From Myxococcota bacterium (lineage in GTDB: Bacteria > Myxococcota_A > Bradymonadia > UBA7976 > UBA1532): 64,000 nt of DNA. Shown in pieces: positions 9,011-19,491 of the stretch. The stretch lies in assembly GCA_036337435.1 (NCBI GenBank), contig JAYZEG010000011.1, positions 63,886 through 127,885 on the forward strand, read 5' to 3'. How positions within the stretch are numbered: the stretch's first letter is position 1; each line of letters starts with the position of its first letter. The position numbers and the translations under genes are program-made. The notes beneath the pieces are model-generated. The model was not told the DNA's origin. It did not search any database and saw only the letters and a program-made list of their open reading frames with translations.

Positions 9011-10410
9011 TACTTTATTTCCTCCTCTCGCGCACCCTCGCTCGCCGACTCGTCAAAGACGGCCAGCAGAATGCCTTTGTCTCGTCCATCTCGAGGCATC
9101 TTTAGCTCGCGACCATTATGGCTCAAGACGATCGTATCACCGTCCGCTGCGCTGATGGCACGATCGACGGCTGCTAAAAACGGGAACATGGAAAATAGCG
9201 GAGAAATGGCCCCATCTTCCCCGTCATCATTCACATCGAAGACAAACAGGGCGATCGTTGTGTTGTCTGCTGAGGCCGTGTCTTCGTTCAGCAGTTCTTC
9301 GCCGTTGAGCGTGAGTGAGTCACGTCCAAATTGAAATGAGCTACTCGCGTTATAGATAACGATAATCGATTTGTTCGGTGAACGATGAAATTGGCTCAAC
9401 AAGACCCCGGCCAAGGACGCTGGATCGGGCATTGTTCTTAAATAAAAGTGGGACTCGGTGGTTTTCGGTGCTGGGCGGAAATGCCGAACCGGTGGAATTT
9501 CTGGGTCCGGATGGTGGGCAACCAGTTCGATATTTTGTCCTGATGCTAGGGAAACTGGACCCCAACCCCCTTGAGGGCCGACTTCGATATCCCGTCCATC
9601 GGACAGCCGGCGTCCATTTGTTTCATCGACTTCATACAGGGTGATTCGACTGTCAGCGACAACCCGATTTTCGGCGAATGTGAGATACTTCCCGCTCAAG
9701 TAAATATCAGACTCTGGTTCGGCTTCGAGGTGTGCTGGCTGTGTACCCTCTAAAAATGTAAATATGGTCTCGAAGGAGGTTGTGTTGGTCGCGAGTCGAT
9801 AGTGGTCTACCTCTGGAATTTCGAGATTCATGGCCCCATCGATGTCTGCGCTTTCGACAATTTTATCGGCTGGCGACCAGATGTTGAGTGTGGGTATGGA
9901 CGAGTTGGGCGGACCCGCGGGGCCATCGCTTGGAAAGGAACCGATATGGACATAGCGTCGGACGAGCGTCGCACCCGTGTCTGACGACAAGAGCTCATAG
10001 CCTAAGCCACCGCCAGCCGAGTGACCGATCAGGTCCACTTGGGCACTTTCATCTGTTTCCAAAACGCCCTCGATAAACGCTGCTAGGTCGCCTGTATGAT
10101 CGATGTCACGGTCCAGAGTGTTCCAGTCAAATGTCCAATATCGGCGACGGCATTTGCCATTGGCGACAAATCGAGCCGTTTGTTGATTCCAGGTATCTCC
10201 AGACGCGAGGAAGCCGTGAACGTACACCACGGGTGGCGAGGTGTCATCACAGCGATTCAATTCGCCGGCTTGGGATCCACGTCCATCGCAGCTCCAGACT
10301 CCGCACAGAAGGCAAAGGTATAAGCCGGTTGCAAGTGCTCGGGAGTCCATAATGGGGAACAAATCAAAATTATTGTGCGAAAGCATGTATCTATCCCGGT
10401 TGTGTGACAT
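9010..10410 (-). CDS. Exported alpha/beta-hydrolase (lipase) with an extra C-terminal domain
   Basis: VYVHGF oxyanion motif, GHSAGG nucleophile elbow, DH catalytic His. The architecture recalls the Archaeoglobus AFL-type lipase. The true start may be 10350. Confidence 0.8.
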   Translation of the reverse strand: MSHNRDRYMLSHNNFDLFPIMDSRALATGLYLCLLCGVWSCDGRGSQAGELNRCDDTSPPVVYVHGFLASGDTWNQQTARFVANGKCRRRYWTFDWNTLDRDIDHTGDLAAFIEGVLETDESAQVDLIGHSAGGGLGYELLSSDTGATLVRRYVHIGSFPSDGPAGPPNSSIPTLNIWSPADKIVESADIDGAMNLEIPEVDHYRLATNTTSFETIFTFLEGTQPAHLEAEPESDIYLSGKYLTFAENRVVADSRITLYEVDETNGRRLSDGRDIEVGPQGGWGPVSLASGQNIELVAHHPDPEIPPVRHFRPAPKTTESHFYLRTMPDPASLAGVLLSQFHRSPNKSIIVIYNASSSFQFGRDSLTLNGEELLNEDTASADNTTIALFVFDVNDDGEDGAISPLFSMFPFLAAVDRAISAADGDTIVLSHNGRELKMPRDGRDKGILLAVFDESASEGAREEEIK

Positions 10411-10579
10411 CCTCTAGTGTCGGGTCTTAGAGGGGGACGTCGTTATGAATGCGCCGATAGAGACGCACTGTCGTGCGGTCGTGTTACACGTTTGCGCATA
10501 CTATTGGACGTTTCGCCTCGGCCGGTCAAGCTGTCTACCAGCTCGTTGTGCGATGCTGATGGACTCCCGGCCAGCGTAA

Positions 10580-12634
10580 ATGAGTGATTTAGCGCCCCGG
10601 TCTCTGGTTTCTTTTATTGCGTTTGTCGCACTGCTCGGCTGTTCCGGCGAGGGGGTGGACAAGGTCCAGTCGTCAGCCGGGCCAGTTCCTGTGGATCTGG
10701 ACCGAGGTCATGTTCGACTCGTCGATGCGGGGGCAGCTGACCAAGCATTCCCATTCGACGTGGACTGGTCGGACTCAGGTGGGATGACCAGAGATGCCGG
10801 TTCTCGTGCGGTCAGAGACGCAGCTACCATCGCCGATGTATCGGACCATGTTTTTACGGACAGTGGCGCGATTTTGGATATGCAGCCGGTGGACGCTCTG
10901 GCCATTGAGCGTGGTTTTGACGCCTTGATGGGACCAGAGCCAATTGGAATCTGCGGTGACGGAGTTTTGCTTGGTGCTGAGCAATGTGATGATGGGAATG
11001 TCATCAGTGGTGATGGGTGCGACTCCCTGTGCACCGTGGAGAATTGGTCTGTCGATACTGGGCGATTTACCCAACGAGTTACCATCGCGCCCGATGCGTC
11101 TGAAATCTATGCTTTCACCGTCGATGGTGCGGGTACCCTAGACTTTACCATTGGCCTCGAGGGTCAATGTATTTGGCCAAACTGGTTGGAGGCCCACATC
11201 ATTAGATTGGCGGATGAGCATGTCGTCGCCCACTGGCCTGCACATGCCGGCGACCATTCGTGTACACACTCTTTACAGCCGCTGGAGCCCGGTCTACACG
11301 AACTCCGATTCAGTCCTGATGGACCGGAAGATTTAATCACTTTTCAACTGGAGATGTCTGTCTATCAATTCATCGGGGCTGCGGGGCTTTACCCCATCCG
11401 GATTGCAGACGGAGGAGACGAGCGTTTCGAATTTCTGATCGATGATGAACAGCGTTGGGAGTTCGTCACCACAGGCGTTTTCAGAGACTGCGAAGTTGAC
11501 TCGTGGATGGACCTTTATCGGTTGGAAGACGATCGCGAGCGACGACTTGATTTCGATAACGATGGTGGACAAGGCACCTGTTCTCGGCTCACCGCTCGCT
11601 TCCTCCCCGGTCGCTACGCAATCCAAGTGCGAGAAAGATTTAATCGGGCCATAGATGAACTCCATTTGCGGGCTCGGACGGAAGGCGTGTGCGGCGATGG
11701 AATTATCAATGTTGAAGAAGAATGTGATGAGGCTGAGTTAAACGGACGCAGCACGTGTTCGCAGGACTGCCGACGGGTTGCGGTCTGTGGAAATGGTGAG
11801 GTTGAGCTCGGGGAAACATGTGACGACCAGAACCAGATTCCAGGCGATGGCTGTGATGAAAACTGTCAGCAAGAAATCCTGTGCGGGAACGCCGTTATCG
11901 ATCCGGGCGAAGACTGTGACGATGGCAATTTTGAAAACGGAGATGGGTGCGATTTTTTCTGTACCTTTGAATTCACAGAACTGGTTCGAGGAAAAACATT
12001 GCGTCGAGGGCATTTTCCAAGGAACGGAGCCGACTGGTACGAATTCACCGCAGACGGACCAGGACGGTTAGAGACGTATACGTTTGTGCCGGTCGATGAC
12101 AACTGGAATTGTCGACCCAGTGCAGATACGTTGCTCTCAGTTTTCATCCGGACGCCCGATGGGGATGACCTCTTACTGCATGAAAACGACAATGATCCAA
12201 ACAATGCGCCGTGCTCGTATCTCGACGTCGAAGTGGGGACTGGCCAACATTTTATTCGTGTGGCTGCAATTGATAATTTTGCAGCCATTAATGATTACTC
12301 TCTATCCTTTCGATTTTCGCGTGACATCACTGGTCTGCGCCAAGCTCAAGGCGGATTCGTTGCCAATGGCAGTGACCTTTACACGTTCCGAATGTTTGGA
12401 GGAGGGCGTGTGGAGGTAAGAATGATTCCATTTGGTGGGCCGTGCGAAGATGACGTAGAACTCACATTTTTCCGGCAGCGTTCCAGCTTAGTCATTCCAG
12501 CAGAATTGAATAGAATAAATGGCTGTATGCGTGCTGCGGCCGAACTCGAACCGGGCCTGTACGACGTGTCGATCTCACGGAATGGTGGGGGCGCATTAGA
12601 GGCCTATACGTTGGAGATAACGTGGCCTGAGTAG
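10580..12634 (+). CDS. Lipoprotein with Myxococcus Cys-rich repeats (DUF4215-type) and PPC/DVUA0089-like beta domains
   Basis: Lipobox LLG-C; four CG[DN]G.....E.CDD.N....DGC...C-type repeats; D..L.....DND....CS motifs. Confidence 0.8.
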   Translation: MSDLAPRSLVSFIAFVALLGCSGEGVDKVQSSAGPVPVDLDRGHVRLVDAGAADQAFPFDVDWSDSGGMTRDAGSRAVRDAATIADVSDHVFTDSGAILDMQPVDALAIERGFDALMGPEPIGICGDGVLLGAEQCDDGNVISGDGCDSLCTVENWSVDTGRFTQRVTIAPDASEIYAFTVDGAGTLDFTIGLEGQCIWPNWLEAHIIRLADEHVVAHWPAHAGDHSCTHSLQPLEPGLHELRFSPDGPEDLITFQLEMSVYQFIGAAGLYPIRIADGGDERFEFLIDDEQRWEFVTTGVFRDCEVDSWMDLYRLEDDRERRLDFDNDGGQGTCSRLTARFLPGRYAIQVRERFNRAIDELHLRARTEGVCGDGIINVEEECDEAELNGRSTCSQDCRRVAVCGNGEVELGETCDDQNQIPGDGCDENCQQEILCGNAVIDPGEDCDDGNFENGDGCDFFCTFEFTELVRGKTLRRGHFPRNGADWYEFTADGPGRLETYTFVPVDDNWNCRPSADTLLSVFIRTPDGDDLLLHENDNDPNNAPCSYLDVEVGTGQHFIRVAAIDNFAAINDYSLSFRFSRDITGLRQAQGGFVANGSDLYTFRMFGGGRVEVRMIPFGGPCEDDVELTFFRQRSSLVIPAELNRINGCMRAAAELEPGLYDVSISRNGGGALEAYTLEITWPE

Positions 12635-12651
12635 TTTGTCTTTGACGATGA

Positions 12652-14151
12652 TTAGCCAAGCCCAGGTAAATTGTCTTGTTGAGGATGCTTGTTGTATTTA
12701 GCGAGATACTCTTTGACCCGGAGTTTCCTGGCCGTGTTCGCACTGCTCATGAAACGAATTTTGCCGAAGATGGGCCGCTCAGGACCCCACGGTCGGTCAA
12801 ATCGGCCGAAAGTCCAACAAATGCCTGACCAGGAATTTGGATTTCGGCCATCTAAGGCGTACCGATTATTCAGTTCGACAATATAGTTAAAGGCGTCTTG
12901 TGGACTGGCACTCCACTCTATAATTTTTTTGCCCCAGAGCATTCTTAAATAGTTGTGTATATACCCTTCAGAGAGCAACTGGTGCTGCGCTGCATTCCAC
13001 AGTGGGTCGTGTGTTGTTCCCTGATCAAATGTGTCAAAATCATAGACGAACTCTCGTTTGTCTGATGCATGCACCGAGAGCGTTTCGATGGCCCATGGGG
13101 GTAAGGATTCGTATTGAAAGTAGTCGGAGGGATGTCTATGGCAGTAGACGTAGCCGAGTTCCCGCCACGTGATGATCTGGTCCAGGTAGCCTTCTACGCC
13201 CGGACTCAGGTTCCACCAGCCTGCGCGACTCCCTTTATTAACCCCTGAGGCGTCATCGATGGTCCAGTTTTCTCGGGTGAGAAGGTCTCTTACGATCCTG
13301 TGACTCGAAATATGCCCGAAATGCAGACGGGCTGACATGCGACTTGTACCGTTCTTCGATGGATGGTTCCGATCGGTATCGTACTGGTCTGCTCGGTTAT
13401 CGAGAAAACGGGCCCAACTGGCCAAAGCGGCAGTTTCCCCACCGGGCTCGTCGACACATCCAATTTTGTATCTTAACCCGCCGGGGATCAGCCCATCGTT
13501 GCACGTATCAGTACTGGACAAGGGTGCGGCTGGCCATTTCGTCTGAATGGGCTCTGGAACAGTTGCCCGTTGTGCAAAGCGACAATTTTGAAGGGGGTCT
13601 TCAATTGGAAAATTGTCTAAGAATTCTCTCATATTTTGCTGTAAAAAACGCCTAAACGAATAAGCCGTTTGGAATGTTCGCGGTGCATAGGCCAGGGGAC
13701 AGAGCCCATTGCCATCGACCAACTCAAAGCGGGCATGCACTTGTGGCGCGCTGGCTTCGACCATTCTGCTCAAAAAGTAACTTGGAAAGTGGTCTGTCAC
13801 GACGTGGACGGCCCTTTCCGAGAGAGATGACAAAAGGCCTTTTCCTGCATTTTTCTCGGGCTCGAGATAAGGGTAATAGGTGATATTGGCGGAGCGAAAA
13901 CGCTCTGCATTGGACCGCATCCCGTCGATCATATAGCTGGTGATACGGTCAGATGCCCAGGGATGGTCAAATCGTAGGGCTTCGAAAACCAAAAGGGGTT
14001 TGCTGTATTGGCGGCACAAATCGAGCGCGTATTGCAGAGCAAAGTTGTCTCGGGTGCGGCGCGCCGTTGTCATCCAATACAGAACATAATCGCGTTCCAG
14101 ATAAATCGGAGAGTCGTTGAGGGTTTTCAGTCGCAAAGACGGAATTGACAT
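12652..14151 (-). CDS. phr: Deoxyribodipyrimidine photolyase, class II CPD type
   Basis: YVLYWM..ARR..DNFAL, S.RLHFGHIS, THDPLWNAAQ, IHNYLRMLWGKK, DGRNPNS, FDRPWGPERPIFGKIRFM. Confidence 0.93.
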   Translation of the reverse strand: MSIPSLRLKTLNDSPIYLERDYVLYWMTTARRTRDNFALQYALDLCRQYSKPLLVFEALRFDHPWASDRITSYMIDGMRSNAERFRSANITYYPYLEPEKNAGKGLLSSLSERAVHVVTDHFPSYFLSRMVEASAPQVHARFELVDGNGLCPLAYAPRTFQTAYSFRRFLQQNMREFLDNFPIEDPLQNCRFAQRATVPEPIQTKWPAAPLSSTDTCNDGLIPGGLRYKIGCVDEPGGETAALASWARFLDNRADQYDTDRNHPSKNGTSRMSARLHFGHISSHRIVRDLLTRENWTIDDASGVNKGSRAGWWNLSPGVEGYLDQIITWRELGYVYCHRHPSDYFQYESLPPWAIETLSVHASDKREFVYDFDTFDQGTTHDPLWNAAQHQLLSEGYIHNYLRMLWGKKIIEWSASPQDAFNYIVELNNRYALDGRNPNSWSGICWTFGRFDRPWGPERPIFGKIRFMSSANTARKLRVKEYLAKYNKHPQQDNLPGLG

Positions 14152-14199
14152 GGGTACACATTGTCCTTGTTGTCTGCTTGTGGGCTGGAGTCGAGGCCG

Positions 14200-15135
14200 T
14201 CAGCTCGCGGTGGTTCTCATGGCCACGACGTCTCTAATGCGATTGGCCATTTCTTCAAGACCCAAGACCTCGCAGCCCGCGATGTCATTTCGCGCATCAG
14301 CACCACCAAGCCAAATTTGGATTTGGTCCGGTAAGATCGTTCGTAGGCGTCTGACGTAGGCGCGCTGGGTGCCCAACGGCACGTTGACCATCGACAAAGC
14401 AAGTGCGAATGGATGCTGTTTTAAAACGGCTTGGGCTACGATGTCGGCGGGTAACTGAGGCCCCAGGTTGATGACTTCTGCGCCGGCATCCGCCGCCACT
14501 CCAGCGGCGATCAAGAGACCAAGTTCGTGCTGTTCATCGTCAGGCGTTGTGAAGACAACCTTGGGCGCATTTGCGGGCGTCGAAGATGAATCGAATGTCC
14601 GCAATAACAGGCTCTTTAACGCTGCCGAGAGCAGATGTTCGGTCGCCATTGATATCTCGCCCTGCTCCCACAATGTGCCGACGCGTGTGAGCAAGACCCG
14701 GCAAAAGTGTGTTCTGAACGTTGAGGGTCCAAGTAAGCGGTATTGTATGCCCAAGCAGCGCTCAACATTTGTCGCGTCTAATTCCTTAGCATACCCGATC
14801 GCCTCCGTCACACTTCGGGGATCGAGAGTGACGTATTCGCCCTTTCGGGAGCTGCTTGGTCGTTCAACCGCTTTCGTCCGGACCGTCCCAGCGAGCTGTG
14901 CCAAAATCGCTTGGTCAAGCTCAACCAAGTCACTGATACGATGTCCGGCATCGACGGCAGCACCGAGAAGCTGAAACCGCTTTAGATGCGACTCAGTGTA
15001 TCGCCGTGTGCCTCCCTCGGATCGAAGGGGCGTCACAACGTTGTACCGTCGCTCCCACGCTCGGATCGTGTGCGCGCTCAAGTTTGCAAGTTGTGCGATC
15101 TTACCAATCGAGTATGTTTTCTGCTGCTCTGCCAA
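14200..15135 (-). CDS. carH: MerR-family B12-binding photoreceptor/repressor (CarH/CarA/LitR type)
   Basis: MerR HTH (IRAWERRY..V.P.RSEGG.RRY), W-x9-EH motif (WEQGEISMATEH), and B12 motif ExHxxG (EQHELG) followed by LGPQLP. TTG start. Confidence 0.88.
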   Translation of the reverse strand: MAEQQKTYSIGKIAQLANLSAHTIRAWERRYNVVTPLRSEGGTRRYTESHLKRFQLLGAAVDAGHRISDLVELDQAILAQLAGTVRTKAVERPSSSRKGEYVTLDPRSVTEAIGYAKELDATNVERCLGIQYRLLGPSTFRTHFCRVLLTRVGTLWEQGEISMATEHLLSAALKSLLLRTFDSSSTPANAPKVVFTTPDDEQHELGLLIAAGVAADAGAEVINLGPQLPADIVAQAVLKQHPFALALSMVNVPLGTQRAYVRRLRTILPDQIQIWLGGADARNDIAGCEVLGLEEMANRIRDVVAMRTTAS

Positions 15136-15168
15136 CGTCGAACCTGTTTCTGAAAGTGTTACAGTTTT

Positions 15169-15299
15169 AGTATAGCATACTTTAGACAGAATGGAATAAG
15201 TCTATACAAAAATATCGACAAAAGAATTTTTTGTATAGATTTAATGTTGACATGTCTAAGTTTGAACGGTAAAACCTAGACATGGTTAGCGTTTGTCTA
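15169..15299. promoter_or_regulatory. Divergent carH / ECF sigma promoter region with candidate CarH operator
   Basis: Plus strand TTGACA(15247-52)-17-TAAAAC(15270-75). Minus strand extended -10 TGcTATACT (15169-77). Perfect 12-bp inverted repeat TCTATACAAAAA (15201-12) / TTTTTGTATAGA (15228-39). Many TnnACA hexamers on both strands. Confidence 0.7.
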
Positions 15300-15441
15300 A
15301 ATAAACGACGCAAGCCAGTTGAGAAAGTCGCAGAACGCATTCGATGCCAACTGTTCCCATAGTGAACTGTAAGGCAGCGGTGTGGGCCACGTCCGGCTCA
15401 TTTGTCGGGCACAGCCAGCCAAAAAGAAAGGGCACGTTGCC

Positions 15442-16032
15442 ATGGGACGTCAAGCAAAGCCAGTCGTTGACACAAGCATCGTCGAAGCCGCTCAAGCGGG
15501 TGACTCGCGAGCTCTCGAGAAGTTGATCGGAGCGCACTATCCGGCGATGTGTCGCCTCGCTCTCCGCTATACCAACGACCCAGACCTGGCCAAAGATGCA
15601 GTGCAAGACGCGTGCATTCAGGTCATGCGGTATTTCCCGCAGCTGCGCGATACAAGCAGCTTCAAGTCTTGGATGAGCCGTATCGTCATTAACTGCGTCC
15701 GATTACACCAGCGTCGGAATAAGAGATTTGTCGCGTTTGGCGATGGTATTGAGCGGACCCAAGAAGTTTGCCAGCAACAACCCGACGAAGTGGTGATGAC
15801 CCGTGAAGAACTCGTCATTGTAGACGATTTTCTAAAGAGTGCCCAAAATGACGAACGGGCCATCTTTCTACAGCTTTACGTTGGCGGTGATGCGGTCGCG
15901 ACTGTAAGCGAAAAAACGGGCATCTCCGTCGCAGCACTGAAGACGCGCGTTCATCGAGCTCGGCGTCGACTTAAAAAATATATGCACACCAAGCATGACA
16001 CGGATCTTGGCTTTGGCCAAATGGGTCTCTAA
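15442..16032 (+). CDS. ECF RNA polymerase sigma factor
   Basis: AQAGD..ALE.L, DAVQDA, F.SW..RI..N, region 4 IS...LKTRVHRAR. ATG 15442 follows AAAGGG. Confidence 0.9.
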   Translation: MGRQAKPVVDTSIVEAAQAGDSRALEKLIGAHYPAMCRLALRYTNDPDLAKDAVQDACIQVMRYFPQLRDTSSFKSWMSRIVINCVRLHQRRNKRFVAFGDGIERTQEVCQQQPDEVVMTREELVIVDDFLKSAQNDERAIFLQLYVGGDAVATVSEKTGISVAALKTRVHRARRRLKKYMHTKHDTDLGFGQMGL

Positions 16033-16112
16033 GCGGGCGAGCAGTTACTGCTGGAGACGATAGAGCGCAACACGACGTATGCGCTGAGACCATATGTCAA
16101 CCGGGGGGATTC

Positions 16113-17084
16113 ATGGCATATTCGACTCAATCGAGCCCGGATTACGATAAACCACTACTCGGAATCAGCCGTTGTCTCCTCGGAGACACTGTCCGCTTTG
16201 ATGGCGGGCACAAACGGTCTCGCTACGCCGAGCAAACCCTCAGCCAGTATTTTCGATGGTACCCAGTCTGTCCCGAGGTTGAGTCTGGCATGTCTTCGCC
16301 CCGGCCCTCCATTAGGCAGGTTCGCGATGGAGGCGAGCTTCGTGTCGTGAGCGCGACGGGGGTGGATGTAACAGACGCGCTCAGGAAAGCGTCCGACAGG
16401 CGATTAGAGCAGATGCGTACAAAGCCGCTGCGCGGCTTTATCGTTGTGAATGATTCGCCGTCGTGCGGCCTGGAGCGCGTTCGAGTGTACGAGGGTTCTC
16501 ATCCCGTTCGCACCGGGGTTGGAGTGTTTACAGCAGCACTCAGGAATGCGTATCCCAATATGCCAGTCGAAGAAAGCGGTCGTCTCAACGATGCACGCCT
16601 CAGAGAGAACTTCATCCTGCGGGTCTATACATACCACCGGTTCAAAGAAATGGTCGACGATGGTCCATCGGTTTCCGATTTAATGCGATTTCACGCAGAG
16701 CACAAATACCTGTTGCTGGCCCACAATCCGTCGATGGCACGTCATCTCGGCGGACTGGTCGCGCAATGTTGCCGAGCAAACCTGGCGGCGGTACTGGCCG
16801 AATACGAGTCGGGTATGATGGATTCGCTGGCCAAACCTGCGAAAGTAGGAGGTCATGTCGACGCCCTTCAGCACATCGTTGGTTTCATATCCGACCAGTT
16901 CACTCCAGAGACAAGCCAGCACATGCAGGAAACCATCGCGGCCTACGGTTCTGGTGAAATACCGCTGATTACACCGATTACGTTAATCAATCACTATCTT
17001 GCGGTTGCCGGTACCGATTGGGTCCGGCGGCAGTGGTACCTCAAACCGTACCCAGCCGCGTTATCATTGCGAAGTCGGATCTGA
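16113..17084 (+). CDS. ybgA: DUF523-DUF1722 fusion (YbgA/RudS, thiouridine desulfidase family)
   Basis: GISRCLLG..VRFDGGHK, CPEVE.G, SPSCG, EE.GRLND..LRENF, FH..HKYLLLAH, YL.PYP. Confidence 0.9.
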   Translation: MAYSTQSSPDYDKPLLGISRCLLGDTVRFDGGHKRSRYAEQTLSQYFRWYPVCPEVESGMSSPRPSIRQVRDGGELRVVSATGVDVTDALRKASDRRLEQMRTKPLRGFIVVNDSPSCGLERVRVYEGSHPVRTGVGVFTAALRNAYPNMPVEESGRLNDARLRENFILRVYTYHRFKEMVDDGPSVSDLMRFHAEHKYLLLAHNPSMARHLGGLVAQCCRANLAAVLAEYESGMMDSLAKPAKVGGHVDALQHIVGFISDQFTPETSQHMQETIAAYGSGEIPLITPITLINHYLAVAGTDWVRRQWYLKPYPAALSLRSRI

Positions 17085-17085
17085 A

Positions 17086-18309
17086 TCAGGGCTGCATTGA
17101 GCCGAAGGTGAGCCTTACAGCACCACGGAGATTAGCCCGGAAACCGTGAACGATAACAAAATAGCGCGTCTGGGCTCGGGCGAAGTACTCCACGCGGCTC
17201 TGAAAACCATGGCCGCCATCATCGTCACAATACAGTTCCGTATCGATATCGCCACAGTTTGTCCGCACGGAGAGAACCGTATCGAACTCCGAGCCGCTGG
17301 TGTCGAGGAAAACCATTGCGTCATCCCGAGCAACAAAAGAGAACACTTGTTCTGACCCTCTCCCAGATTGTCCGCAGTTCGCATCGAGTTCATCTGCTGA
17401 ATCCGCATTTGAACCCCAGTAGACACCGAACGTGTCCATTTCTATCGCGTCGATACAATTGTTAACGGTCTGCATCTGGCCGTCTGCTGGATCTGACCTA
17501 TGGATACTGCCGCTTGAATCCATCCGATTGTTTGCAACGCAAATGCGCTGTTGGCAGTCCGGTTGAGTTGTATGGCAGCCACACCTTTGAGTCGCTGGAC
17601 AATCGGCGTCGAGACTACATTGTGCTTGGCAGGCTGCGTTCAAACAGATTGAACCAACGGGACAATCGGTCACCGCCGAACAGGCTTGATTAAGGGAAGT
17701 CCGCGATACGCAGAGTCCATCTCGGCAATGCTCTGTAGGTCCGCAGTGTTCGTTAAGTGAACAGCAGAGTTCGTTGTCGAAGCCTTCGTCGCTTATGCCA
17801 TCGCAATCGTTGTCGATGCCGTCGCAAACTTCCACTGATGCTGTGGCTGTGCCTGTTTGGCATACCGCCCCTACTTGGTTTGTTGAACACACAAGTTCGC
17901 CCAATGCGGTGCACCTATTTGCAAGCTGTGCCGAGCAAAGGGAACCAAGATAAAAAGCCTCATCAGTCTGGCCATCACAATCATCATCGTGGTCGTTACA
18001 AAACTCAATTCCTTGCCCGCAGGCACTCCAAATACCATTTACACATTGTCTCACACCACACCTGTCCAAGCAGGGTATGCGGTCACCTGTCGCGCAGGTG
18101 GAATCCGAGGTGGCGCGGCCGCTGGGTGTGCTTCTTTCTGTTGGCGAATCAATGAAGGTCAAGCCAGTGCTCTCGAGACTCGCATCGCGTTCATTTTGAA
18201 GGGACGGGGCTCCTTGCCTCAACGAATTTTCATCGAGTCCTGAAAACTCAGCGCAACCGATTGATGCCAAAACGACTAGGGGTGACAATAACCGGCGCAT
18301 CATTTCCAT
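17086..18309 (-). CDS. Cys-rich exported protein with MopE-type putative metal-binding repeats and a C-terminal PPC-like domain
   Basis: Lipobox SIG-C; EFCNDHDDDCDGQTDE and EVCDGIDNDCDGISDE; DTSGSEFDTVLSVR..C.....CDDD. Confidence 0.75.
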   Translation of the reverse strand: MEMMRRLLSPLVVLASIGCAEFSGLDENSLRQGAPSLQNERDASLESTGLTFIDSPTERSTPSGRATSDSTCATGDRIPCLDRCGVRQCVNGIWSACGQGIEFCNDHDDDCDGQTDEAFYLGSLCSAQLANRCTALGELVCSTNQVGAVCQTGTATASVEVCDGIDNDCDGISDEGFDNELCCSLNEHCGPTEHCRDGLCVSRTSLNQACSAVTDCPVGSICLNAACQAQCSLDADCPATQRCGCHTTQPDCQQRICVANNRMDSSGSIHRSDPADGQMQTVNNCIDAIEMDTFGVYWGSNADSADELDANCGQSGRGSEQVFSFVARDDAMVFLDTSGSEFDTVLSVRTNCGDIDTELYCDDDGGHGFQSRVEYFARAQTRYFVIVHGFRANLRGAVRLTFGSMQP

Positions 18310-18370
18310 CCTCCATGGGGGTCACTTCTTGTAGGTAAAGAGAGAAACCCAGTATCTCCCACTGGATGGC

Positions 18371-18399
18371 AATATTCTTACGATCGGTAGATTTGTCAA
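18371..18399 (-). promoter_or_regulatory. Sigma70-like promoter with an AATCTACC half-site in the spacer
   Basis: Minus strand TTGACA-AATCTACCGATCGTAAG-AATATT, upstream of the 18309 start. Confidence 0.45.
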
Positions 18400-18601
18400 G
18401 CTGTAAACAGAGGTTTTCTATTTTGAAGGGGATTGCCCGCTGGAGTCTCCGATTGGGTTTTCCGCTTGCTTACGTTCAGTCATGGGTGTCGCATGAGCGA
18501 TAATGGACATGTAAAGACCCTGCTACGGGAGTCTGGCTGCTCAAAAGCATATGATCATGGCAGAGGGTGCTGGGACACTTGTCATTAGAAATGGTCCGCC
18601 C

Positions 18602-19423
18602 TCACTGGAAGTGACCGCGTGTTGGCTCGGGAAGCGAGTTCACATCGATTTCGATGAGAAGGCCTTGAATGCCGTCGAGAATAACCAACGAATTCGTCTG
18701 CCTATCAAACGTCAAACCGGCAATGTCTTGGACGTTGAATGATGCCAGAGAGCTCAATGGGGTTAATGTGCCCTCATGAACTTTAAAAAGCGTGAGGCTA
18801 TGACCGCTACCCATCAGTAAGTTACCCGTCGACAGGAGCAGCATGCCCCCCGCTTGAAAAGTCGGATTTGGAAGTGGTCTCCACTCGATATCCTCGCCAC
18901 TTACGAGCGAATAGGTGGCAATTTCTGACCTCACGGGTTCATTGCCCTGAGTCACGTTCACTGTCTGCGGCTGTCCATAAATCATTCGCTTGGTCAGATC
19001 ACATGCGACGGCGCGGTTTTGATGTCGCAGGGCATCATCAAAGTCGGGATCCCATCCAGGTTCTAAGCAGAAATGCTGTTTCGCACTCCCAAGTGCTAGA
19101 TCGATGATGTACCCATCGCCGTCCGCAGCCAAGACAAACCGACCACCACCGATGACACAGATATCTGTGAATCGCGGCAATTCGTTTGAGCGCACCCACA
19201 GTTGTTTCGCCGTGCCATCGGCTTGTAACTTAAAAATACCTGACTCGGCATCTAGAATGTATGTTGTGCCAGACGCCTCATCTATGGCGACGCCACTCGC
19301 ATGGGCGAGTTGAAATTGATCAAGTGTTCGATAGATGGTTTCCGTCGAGGTCTGTTCCAGGGAACAGCCAAGCTGAGCCCCACAGGCGGAAATCAAGCCG
19401 AAGTAGATGAAGATAAAGCGCAC
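18602..19423 (-). CDS. Hypothetical exported protein, probable beta-propeller
   Basis: Signal peptide/lipobox; repeated short beta-strand blades (ASGVAIDE..TYILD; IAGLTFD...LVILD). Confidence 0.6.
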   Translation of the reverse strand: MRFIFIYFGLISACGAQLGCSLEQTSTETIYRTLDQFQLAHASGVAIDEASGTTYILDAESGIFKLQADGTAKQLWVRSNELPRFTDICVIGGGRFVLAADGDGYIIDLALGSAKQHFCLEPGWDPDFDDALRHQNRAVACDLTKRMIYGQPQTVNVTQGNEPVRSEIATYSLVSGEDIEWRPLPNPTFQAGGMLLLSTGNLLMGSGHSLTLFKVHEGTLTPLSSLASFNVQDIAGLTFDRQTNSLVILDGIQGLLIEIDVNSLPEPTRGHFQ

Positions 19424-19491
19424 GTGGAGTCCCTCAGTATTCGTTACTACTGATAAACTCTACGTTTGGGTCGACGTTCCTTACCGCGTTT

